Below are positions 13,001-23,337 of a DNA stretch of 64,000 nucleotides, piece by piece. The stretch is from assembly GCF_000143415.4 (NCBI RefSeq), contig NW_003314338.1, positions 299,791 to 363,790 on the forward strand. The letters run 5' to 3'. Position numbers and translations under genes: made by a program. Source of the DNA: Selaginella moellendorffii. Its lineage: Eukaryota; Plantae; Lycopodiophyta. The notes beneath the pieces were generated by a model, which saw nothing but the letters and a program-made list of their open reading frames with translations, was not told where the DNA came from and did no database searches. Within the stretch, counting starts at the first letter, position 1. Each line of letters begins with the position of its first letter.

Positions 13001-13673
13001 AGGAACACTAATGTGTTGGACGCTAACAAGTTGCGGGAAAGGAAGTGTGTTTCCAAGGAGGGATTCCGAAATGCTCCGGTTTGGCGAAAGTGGAAGCTCC
13101 AAGGGAGGGAGCGGTAAGGTAGCCAAATGATAGGGCCATGAACAGCCCTAACACAAAGTATGATAACTGAAACTTTGGCACGAAATAGAAGAGAGGATGA
13201 TGGTGCCCTCGAGTAAAGAACTTCCTAGGATGGGAAGTGGAGTTGCACAAAAGGTGCAAGGCAAGGTGTCGGAGACACCCAGGAAATTGACTCCAAGAAG
13301 TCAAAATTCAAAGTTCCAAAGTGCAAAGGTTATATCGATGGAAATTGAGACTACTCGAGAAGGAGTAGTGGGATTGACTTAGATAAGGGTCTCTAAGAGG
13401 TTTAGCGAGAACTAAACCAATAAAAGGATGAACCATTACATGTGGTCCAATCAGTCCCTAAGTTGGAGAGACTACCCTCCTTAGAGGATATGCAAAAGGC
13501 ATGGTGAGCCTTCAATGTCCAACCATTGGCGAATATGGAGAAGGCATGGTGAGCCTTCAATGTCGCACCATTGACAAATATTGGCTACGCGCCAAGGATG
13601 GAAATGGTAACACATGCGGGTGTTACTTTATAAAATGGTTCACCGTTCGATGAGGACATCGAACTTCGTCTAT

Positions 13674-13684
13674 GGGTGGTGGAG
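13674..13684 (+). promoter_or_regulatory. Polypurine-tract-like site of element 1
   Basis: GGGTGGTGGAG directly before the 3' LTR; identical in element 2 (23326-23336). Confidence 0.7.
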
Positions 13685-13685
13685 T

Positions 13686-15441
13686 TGTGAGACACAAAAT
13701 CCCTAGGCCCCAAAGTGGAGCCGGAAGGGCGCCACATGGTAGTGGCCGAAGCGAGAGCCAAACGAGCGTAACACGTTTGGACCAAAAGCTCCGACTTGAA
13801 AAGTCAAGAGCGGGAGTGGAACTCCCAACGAAGTGCTCGAGGAACGAGCACGAAGCGAGCAAAAGGCGAGGCTCCAAAAAGGGACCCAAAAGGACCAACA
13901 CATGACACGTGGGAGTGTCCGAGATGGAGTCCAAAGTGGAGTCCGAGGTGGACCCGAGTTGGAGTCCGAAGTGGAGTCCGAGATGGACCCGAGATGGACC
14001 CGAAATGGAGTCCGAGATGGAGTCCGAGATGGACCCGAGATGGACCTGAGATGGACCCGAGATGGAGTCCGAGATGGAGTCCGAGATGGACCCGAGATGG
14101 AGTCCGAGATGGACCCGAGATGGACCCGAAATGGAGTCCGAGATGGAGTCCGAGATGGACCCGAAATGGAGTCCGAGATGGAGCCCGAGATGGAGTCCGA
14201 GATGGAGTCCGAGATGGACCCGAGATGGACCCGAGATGGAGTCCGAGATGGAGTCCGAGATGGAGTCCGAGATGGAGTCCAAAGTCGAGACCGAGACCGG
14301 GACCGAGACCGAGACCGAGACCGAGATCGGGACCGAGACCGAGACCGAGGCCGAGGCCGAGACCAAGCCTGAGCCCGAGTCCGAGTCCGAATCCGAATCC
14401 GAGTCCGAGTCCGAGTCCGAGTCTGAGTCCGAGTCCGGAGCCTGAGAGGGTGAAAGCCCAAAGCGTTCGTCTCCCAGACCCTGGGGGGTTTGGTGAGCTC
14501 CAAAAGTATAGTAGGGGGAGGACTGCAGTGGAGCCAGTTTGGCCAGGAAAGGCCAGTTTGGCCCAGGAAGGCCAGACCCAGTGTTGGGTGATGAACTGAC
14601 CACTGGGAAGTCCAAGACTAGAGTCAATACGGACCGACAAGCGGGGTAGCTTGGTGAAGTGTTCAAGAGCCGGCTCTAGTTCCCCCGGGAGATCGACTGG
14701 CCGATGCTCCCAGTCCAAGTGTGGGTGGCACTACCTACTTGGATACCAGGCGTGGCTCAACGGAACCTCGCTCTAAGCCCATGGCTAGAGCACCTAAAGG
14801 CGATAGGTGGGGAGAGTACCCAGGTGGCTCGCGTAAGGCCACGGTGTTCCGAAATGTCGTCCCAAAGGCCCAGACTGTGGAAAGGAAGAGGAGCAGTCCT
14901 CTGGGGTAGTGACCAAGGACACAGTCGTGTGGTGAGGAAGTCCCAGAGGACCGTGGGACTTAGTGGTCGGGCCTGTGGGCCTCGATCCAGTGGCAGTGTT
15001 GGCAAACACGGCCAGGGGCAGAAAGGGACTTGGTAGGAACTGACAAAGGGACTTTGGGGAAGGCAATTCCCCAGGTCTGTGGGCATCCTAAGGATGCTAA
15101 GGAGTGGATCTAGGATGACCCCTCATAGACAGATGGCCCAGTCTTGGAGAGACGGGATGGTGATGCAAGTGGTATTGGACCATTTGCGCAGCAAAGGTGA
15201 ATGGGCATGGCCTTAGCGTAACGGGCCGAGATGTCAGTGGTACCTTTGGGTGTCGGTCATGGGATTAGACACATGGAGCACTTGGACCAAGTGCAAAGGT
15301 TGAGTGGCATGGATGCCATTCTCGGGGCTAGCAAGCCCCAAGTCCTGAATGGGACTTATGGAGGTTGTGAATGAGACTCCTCCAAGTGGTCGGAGGTGTG
15401 GTTAAGTGACTAAAGTAGAATGGAAAAATTAATCGCTTACA
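13686..15441 (+). repeat. 3' LTR of element 1 (1756 bp)
   Basis: Direct repeat of 8576-10014 with a longer array (about 13920-14438). Confidence 0.95.
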
Positions 15442-15748
15442 CCCTTAACCTGTATTAGTACTCAGACTCGGTCTTAGACTCGATCTGGGACTCGATCTTG
15501 AACCCGACTTCAGACTCGATCTCGGACTTGACCTCAGACTCAATCTCGGACCCAATTTCAGATCTCAGACTCTGTCTCGAACTCGGTCTTGGACTCGATC
15601 CCGGACTCTATCTTGAACTCAGTGTTAGAGTCGGTCTTGGACTCGATCTCAGACTCAGTCCCATCCGATGAACCCTTTGTCATTTTGGTCATGCTTTCGG
15701 GGATCCTTTAGCCTACGACACCTTGAGGAGTTGGTTCTTTACACATCT

Positions 15749-16860
15749 CCCCTGTCACTGAACGGAAAGGAGCTCAAGGAACTCCAACACCAACTTGAAG
15801 AATCAATTGATAAAGGGTATATTTGGTTGAGCAACTCGTCATATGGTCTCCAATGTTTTCATAAAGAAGAAAAATGGATCTATACATATATATATAAACT
15901 AATAGTTGCTCAACAAATATACATAGAAGATAAAGTATGCTTTACCAAGAATTGAGGACCTATTTAATAGTTCCACATTTTCCTTTCCAACTCATACTTC
16001 TTATGGTCCCTTTTTCTAGTGGGGACTTGACTTCATCGGCCCAATTAGTCCACTAAGCTCAAAAGGACAGTAATATATAATTGTGGCAATAGACTACTTC
16101 ATAAAAAAGGTCAATGCCATCTCTCTGAGAAAGGAAGATCAACAGTTTACAATAAAGTTTGTCTTTGAGTACACAATTTGCAGATTTGGAGTTTCTATTG
16201 TTCTAATTTCCGATCGTGGAAGTGGCTTCCTTGGACATGTGATGCAACATCTTTTCCACCAGCTGTAGATCAAGCATGTGAAGAGCAGCACCTACTATCC
16301 TAAATGCAATGGCTAGGCAAAGTCCAAGAAGATAATGAAAACCATCATCTCAAAGCTTGTGGAGGTGTTGGCACGAGCACTTAGTTACAGCATTGTGGGT
16401 GTTTTCCATGTCCTTCAAGATGTCCATTTCTGCAAATCCATTCTCTCTCATCTATGGGATAGAGGCCATGCTTCTAGTGGAGATCTAGGTGCCATCCCTT
16501 TCACTTTCACTTCGATACATAACAGATATGCAACTTTGTGACAAGGACAAGCTTCATGTGCGTCATTTGGAGGTTCTTGCCTTGGAAGAACAACAAATAG
16601 CCACAACTCAACATCTCCTTCCAAGTAAGTAGAAGATGAAGCTGGTCATTGATCACTTGTAGTCAATTGAACTATTCAAGAATGGTAATCTTGTCCTGCT
16701 CAAGGAGTTCATGCCAATTTCAAAGTTCTCTCCTTGCTAAACCGGCCCTTACTTTGTCTAGTGATATGTTGGAGGTGGAACATATGTGCTAGCAAACACT
16801 GAGAGATGTGAGAGCACACACTCACAACCACTCTCATGTCAAACACTTCATCTGGTGAGG
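15749..16860 (+). pseudogene. Decayed, internally deleted non-chromoviral (Tat/Athila-like) gypsy RT and integrase
   Basis: ELKELQHQLEE..KGYI; GLDFIGPI..YIIVAIDYF; ICRFGV..LISDRGSGF; STYYPKCNG; many stops. Confidence 0.8.
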
Positions 16861-17624
16861 TGTTCCTCTTCTCTTCTTTTTCCTTTGTTTCCTTCTTTCA
16901 CTTTCCTTTCACAGTTTCTTTTCTTACTTCCAAAGGGTGTTTCTCCACTAGATCATGGCTCTTGCCTTGGATTTCATGATTAGGCTGCATTGCCATTTGT
17001 ATACAAGTTCCTCACTTGGCTCAGGCTGTGTTCTTAGTTCTTTGGCCCTTCCCTCACCATTACTCTACCTCACATATTCCCCACACATATTCCATATCAT
17101 CTACACTCACAAATCCATCATTGATTACTTCCAATAACATTTCCCACACTTCTAGATGTTTGTTTTACATCTTTCATTTTTTTGTAAGGAACAAACTCCC
17201 TAAGGTGTTGTAGGCTAAAGGATCCCTGAAACCATGACCAGAATGATAAAGAGTTTATCAAATAAGACCGAGATTGACTTTGAGACAGAGTTTGAGATCA
17301 AGTACAAGACTAACTTTGAGGCTAAGTTCAAGACCAAGTCTGAGATCCAAGATCGGGTCTGAGACCAAGTTCGAGATCAAGTCCAAGACTAAGTCTAAGA
17401 TTGAGTCCTAGATGAGTCTGAGTTAAGTTTGAGACCCAATTTGAGATTGAGTCTAAATACTAATATAGGTCATAGGGTGAAAGCCCAAAGCAACCATCTT
17501 CTGGGGGAGGGGGAGTAAAGTATCCCTACTATACTTTTCTAAAAGTATAGTAGGGATACTAAGGTCTAAGAACAAGTGTTGAAGGAACTCTCAAGTGGTG
17601 CTTCTAAACCAACTTGAGGTTAGG

Positions 17625-19285
17625 TGTGAGACACAAAATCCCTAGGCCCCAAAGTGGAGCCGGAAGGGCGCCACATGGTAGTGGCCGAAGCGAGAGCCAA
17701 ACGAGCGTAACACGTTTGGACCAAAAGCTCCGACTTGAAAAGTCAAGAGCGGGAGTGGAACTCCCAACGAAGTGCTCGAGGAACGAGCACGAAGCGAGCA
17801 AAAGGCAAGGCTCCAAAAAGGGACCCGAGATGGACCCGAGATGGAGTCCGAGATGGAGTCCGAGATGGAGTCCGAGGTGGACCCGAGATGGACCCGAGTT
17901 GGAGTCCAAACTGGAGTCCGAGATGGATCCGAGATGGAGTCCGAGATGGACCCGAGATGGAGTCCGAGATGGAGTCCGAGATGGAGTCCGAGATGGAGTC
18001 CGAGGTGGACCCGAGATGGACCCGAGTTGGAGTCCAAAGTGGAGTCCGAGATGGACCCGAGATGGAGTCCGAGATGGAGTCCAAGATGGAGTCCGAGGTG
18101 GACCCGAGATGGACCCGAAATGGAGTCCGAGATGGACCCGAGATGGAGTCCGAGATGGAGTCCGAGATGGAGTCCGAAGTGGACCCGAGATGGACCCGAA
18201 ATGGAGTCCGAGATGGAGTCCGAGATGGACCCGAGATGGAGTCCGAGATGGAGTCCGAGATGGACCCGAGATGGACCCGAGATGGAGTCCGAGATGGAGT
18301 CTGAGATGGAGTTCGAGATGGAGTCCGAAGTCGAGACCGAGACCGGAACCGAGACCGGGACCGAGACCGAGACCGAGACCGAGATCGGGACCGAGACCAA
18401 GGCCGAGGCCAAGACCGAGCCCGAGTCCGAGTCCGAATCCGAGTCCGAGTCCGAGTCCGAGTCCGAGTCCGAGTCCGAGTCCGAGTCCGGTAGCTTGGTG
18501 AAGTGTTCAAGAGCCTGCTCTAGTTCCCCCGGGAGATCAACTGGCCGATGCTCCCAGTCCAAGTGTGGGTGGCACTACCTACTTGGATACCAGGCGTGGC
18601 TCAACGGAACCTTGCTCTAAGCCCATGGCTAGAGCACCTAAAGGCAATAGGTGGGGAGAGTACCCAGGTGGCTCGCGTAAGGCCACGGTGTTCCGAAATG
18701 TCGTCCCAAAGGCCCAAACTGTGGAAAGGAAGAGGAGCAGTCCTCTGGGGTAGTGACCAAGGACACAGTCGTGTGGTGAGGAAGTCCCAGAGGACCGTGG
18801 GACTTAGTGGTCGGGCCTGTGGGCCTCGATCCAGTGGTAGTGTTGGCAAACACGGCCAGGGGCAGAAAGGGACTTGGTAGGAATTGACAAAGGGACTTTG
18901 GGGAAGGCGATTCCCCAGGTCTGTGGGCATCCTAAGGATGCTAAGGAGTGGATCTAGGATGACCCCTCGTAGACAGATGGCCCAGTCTTGGAGAGACGGG
19001 ATGGTGATGCAAGTGGTATTGGACCATTTGCGCAGCAAAGGTGAATGGGCATGGCCTTAGCGTAACGGGCCGAGATGTCAGTGGTACCTTTGGGTGTCGG
19101 TCATGGGATCGGACACGTGGAGCACTTGGACCAAGTGCAAAGGTTGAGTGGCATGGATGCCATTCTCGGGGCTAGCAAGCCCCAAGTCCTGAATGGGACT
19201 TATGGAGGTTGTGAATGAGACTCCTCCAAGTGGTCGGAGGTGTGGTTAAGTGACTAAAGTAGAATGGAAAAATTAGTCGCTTACA
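17625..19285 (+). repeat. 5' LTR of element 2
   Basis: TG..CA termini; long array at about 17822-18490; about 208 bp missing at 18490 relative to sister LTRs. Confidence 0.95.
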
Positions 19286-21770
19286 ATTTGGTATCGGAGC
19301 TGTTCCTTAGTCCGACTTTTATTGGTGCTTAAGTATATCACCACTAGTGTTGGCATCGGAAGGTCCGAGGAGTGGGCCTATCCTTGAGGAGTAGCAAGTC
19401 GGGAAGACATGGCTCTCCATTACAGTTCATGTGTGAACTTGTAGACGGGGTGGTGGATAGAAAAGGGCCAATAATGGAACGACTTTGGGATCTTGGGAAC
19501 AGTATATGGTTTTCCTCAAGAGTTGAGGATGTGATCCAGATGAGTGTTTGACTTAGCAAACTGGCTAATGTGGTTGTGGTAAACAACTATAGTTGGGATC
19601 ACGGGAAAGATAAAGACTCCAAAACAATAAGGGAGTCATAAGATTATCCTCATATAGTTGAGGTTGATGCTCATGAATGTGAGACTAGAAGTAATGACCG
19701 TGGGAGGTCAAATACGGAAGAGGACTCAAGTCCTTGAAATGGTAGTCGGGGCTACCTCTAATAGATGCTGGAACAACCCCAGGAGTTGGGGGTGTATTAA
19801 GTGGATGAGTTGGTGTTCTCATCACATGGACAAGTAGTCCAAAGGGGCAAAGGTTGCCCCTAGAGAACAAAATCAAGTGTCGAGTAACACTTGTGAAAAT
19901 AGTCCTTTTGAGTAGGACAAGAATGCAAGAAGTGTATTCCAGTGAGCTAGTGCCTCACAAGTAGGCCCTTACGGGTCTGTGGATTAACCAAGTCCAAAAC
20001 TGCTGGATGACTCAAGTAGAGTCAACGGATGGTCTTAAAAGGACTGATGGAAGCATTTGGACTGAGGTGTGTTGTACCCCACAAAGGATGGGGGGGGGAT
20101 CATAGGATCCAAGGATGAGAATAGAGGGTATCTCATCGATGGCAAAATATGCCATGCTAAAATTATGGGAAAGGTCTTCCCAGAAGAAAACAACTTTGAC
20201 TTAAAGTTGTGTGTGACCTCTATGGTGCAGTGCTAACGGATGGTTGGCATGAGAAAGAGCGGTGTTGGTTTTGGCAAAGACTTAGACACGAAGGGGAAAT
20301 GTCATAGAGGTAGGCTCATGGAGCCGATGGTGTGGAGACACCAAATGTGCCAAGGTGTGATACCTTGAGGCTATGTTGGTGGGTTCATGTGAACCCCTTG
20401 CCAAAGAAATCCCAATGGAAATGGGAATAGCATAGCCTAAGCTGCAGAGCATGCAATTGGAGTGTGGTGACCCAGATAATGATGGAGGTGTGAAAGCACC
20501 AAGCAATGAGTTGTAGGACTTGACAACTATGAGGCAACTAAGCAAGACGTGCAAAATAACTGGTTAAACGGGTAGAAGGTAGCTACCCAAGACTTCTTAA
20601 TAGTATAAGGAAGTTGGATATACCCTTACGGGGGATAAGTTGCTTGTGTTGCGATATAGTAAGTCAATGTCATAAAAGGAAATACTCATTGTCAAGAAAG
20701 CCATCATTGGGACGCCCGGACACTCTAGAACACCAGAAGGTGGTGTTTGATGTCGTGAGGGCAATGGATAAAGCCCAAGGGACTAAGTCCCTAGCGAATG
20801 ATGGATAGAAGGTGCTATCCAAATGTCCAAGGTTGCGGAGACAGGAGAGGACTGTCTACCCGAGTTGGACAAAGCCAAGAATGGAATTTTGGCAAGGTTA
20901 GTGATAGGCATGTAAAGGCCCATAAGCAACAATGTAATCCCAGTGTGTGGGATTATAAGGTGAGCATACCCGGATTGAAGAACCACTCCCTAGGCTATTG
21001 GGTAGGTTCATCCCTAAGAATACTTGCTAAAGCAAGATAGAAAGTGCAAAGCTATCCTCCTGGTCTGGAGGAGAACGACCAAAGGAAAGGTGTGAAGCCA
21101 AAAAGCAAGAAGTAAGGGGATAGAACCGAACCGTAGGAATCAAAGGGCATAACCAAGGTTGGTTATGCCAGCTGGGAGTGGAGAATCAAGTGGGGGCTCA
21201 AGGGTGTTGCCGCTAGCAACCGTGATGCCATGAAGAGTCTAAAATATGGAATTGTCCATGTTAGACTATGTGGCATTTGGAAGGCTTGCAAAAAGGGAGG
21301 CCTTAGCAAGCTGAGGGACAGAGTTCCTTCAAGGTTCCCAAAGACGATTCTAGGTAGCTTAGTACCTAGAAAGGCCAAGTGTAAATGGTTCATGGAACGC
21401 GCGAAATCAGAGTGGCGCAGCAGAAGCATGGTCTTGAAGCTTGCCATGAGGCAAGGCTATCAAGGTTAGGGAAGTAGTTCCCGAGTGTTCAAAGAGAGGG
21501 CTTTGAACGAAAGTCGATGGTCAAGGACTTTCACGCTTATGCAGGAACCATGTTACAGTGGTCGGAGGACTTGCCAAGCGAGATTGGCACGTCGGGGGAA
21601 CAAAGACCCTAGTTGAAGGTGATAACTTCAAAAAGGGTGGGCCATGGGGCCGAGCATGGAGGAGTCCATGCATGATCACAGACATGTCAAGTGAGAGGAC
21701 TTGGCAGTGTGGAGGAACTAGGTTCCTAAGCTGTGATCTGTAGCGCGCTTTAAAAATAGGTTGGTGCACC

Positions 21771-21885
21771 GGCGTGGGGAGTCACGCCAGGCATCTAGTG
21801 TGATGCCGTCCGTAGATGCATATACGGAGGTTGGGTTCGAGTCCCGACCCTCTAGTGCTTGGGTTCGAGTCCCAAATCACTAGGG
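21771..21885 (+). other. Five back-to-back predicted RNA hairpins, two with tRNA-type T-loops (B-box-like GGTTCGAGTCC)
   Basis: Stems read directly from the sequence; a decayed homologue lies at 1945-2056. Confidence 0.65.
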
Positions 21886-23337
21886 CGTGGTGATGGTTTG
21901 GAATATGAGGACACTCATATTTTGGTGGTCATGGACTCTCAGTGGGGAGACTAGTTTGGGCACACCGCCAAGCGAGGGATGCCTCGGAGTCGTGATGCAC
22001 GGTTAGATTGCTTAGTGTGAAAGCTCAGCATATCTAACTTGAACACTTTGGTGCAAGTGGCACCAAGGTCGTGGTGAGTGAGATGGGGACACCTAATCTC
22101 AGTTGCTATGAACCCTTGGCCGTAAGGGCTAGCTTGGGTGCACCGCCAAGTGTTGGGGATGCCCCCGGGGTTATAGTCAACAACTTGGAGGTCTAGAAAA
22201 CCAAGTACCTCTTGGCAACTCTGTTAAGGTGCCAAGGTGAGATCACTAGGTGATCTTATCGCCAGATAAGGACAAGGTCCTTGGTTGGCTAAGGAATGAA
22301 GTTCCTGGTTCAAAATGTTGAAATTGAACTGTTTAAGGTGGTGTGGCTTGGTCGTGATAACCAAGTTGGAAGAGCACCTAAGGGAAATAAACTATGTCCG
22401 TGCGATGGCATAGTGAGTCCGAGGAAAGTAGTCTCTATAAAAGACCCATGGGAGGGTCACGAAGTTGGGCCGTGGATAGAGCCCATAGCAGAAGATGCTA
22501 AAGAGACGTACTAGGGGTGAACGTCCTCCGGACTTGGCAAAGAAGAGTCTTTGCTATGGAACCGAAACAATACCTCAAGGAGGGAGGTAGAGATTCGATG
22601 TTGCTTGGTGTAACAATCAACGGATAGGAGCAAAAGATGAGTGGCCAAGATAGGGCCATGGAATCCCTTGGAAGGAATCCAAGTGACAAAGTTAGGCGAG
22701 GAACACTAATGTGTTGGACGCTAACAAGTTGCGGGAAAGGAAGTGTGTTTCCAAGGAGGGATTCTGAAATGCTCCGAGTTGGCGAAAGTGGAAGCTCCAA
22801 GGGAGGGAGCGGTAAGGTAGCCAAATGATAGGGCCATGAACAGCCCTAGCACAAAGCATGATAACTGGAACTTTGGCACGAAATAGAAGAGAGGATGATG
22901 GTGCCCTCGAGTAGAGAACTTCCTAGTATGGGAAGTGGAGTTGCACAAAAGGTGCAAGGCAAGGTGTCGGAGACACCTAGGAAATTGACTCCAAGAAGTC
23001 AAAAATTCAAAGTTCCAAAGTGCAAAGGTTATATCGATGGAAATTGAGACTACTCGAGAAGGAGTAGTGGGATTGACTTAGAGAAGGGTCTCTAAAAGGT
23101 TTAGCGAGAACTAAACCAATAAAAGGATGAACCATTACATGTGGTCCAATCAGTCCCTAAGTTGGAGAGACTACGCTCCTTAAAGGATGGACAAGGCATG
23201 GTGAGCCTTTGATGTCAAACCATAGACAAAGATTGGCTAGGTGCCAAAGATGGAAATGGTAACACATATGGGTGTTACTTTATGAAAGGGTTTACCGTTC
23301 GATGAGGACATCAAACTTCGTCTATGGGTGGTGGAGT

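Larger units (their letters stand above)
8576..15441 (+). mobile_element. Complete non-autonomous LTR retrotransposon (family A, LARD-like), element 1
   Basis: LTRs 8576-10014 and 13686-15441 (TGTGAG..CTTACA), TSD CCCTT (8571-8575 and 15442-15446), PBS, PPT; no gag/pol ORF in the 3.7-kb internal region. Confidence 0.95.
7802..15743 (-). mobile_element. Family B solo LTR (about 1.07 kb) interrupted by family A element 1
   Basis: TG..CA termini, perfect 5-bp TSD CATCT (7797-7801 and 15744-15748); reverse-complement homology to 17183-17624 plus 25011-25622. Confidence 0.85.

Noticed and set aside
13623-14718. Long RS-, DS-, GL-, MESE- and WSPR-rich ORFs (also at 5.1-6.3, 8.5-9.3, 17.6-18.6, 23.3-24.3 and 55.5 kb)
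   Set aside because: They are open in nearly all frames on both strands because the LTR repeat units lack stop codons; the 11-mers shift frame freely between copies, so there is no sign of coding selection.
17822-18490. Possible CRISPR array
   Set aside because: Contiguous short tandem units with no unique spacers, in a eukaryotic LTR, and no cas genes.
21790-21885. True tRNA gene or tRNA-derived SINE
   Set aside because: T-arms are present, but there is no canonical acceptor stem, 7-nt anticodon loop or clear A-box; kept only as a structured-RNA finding.
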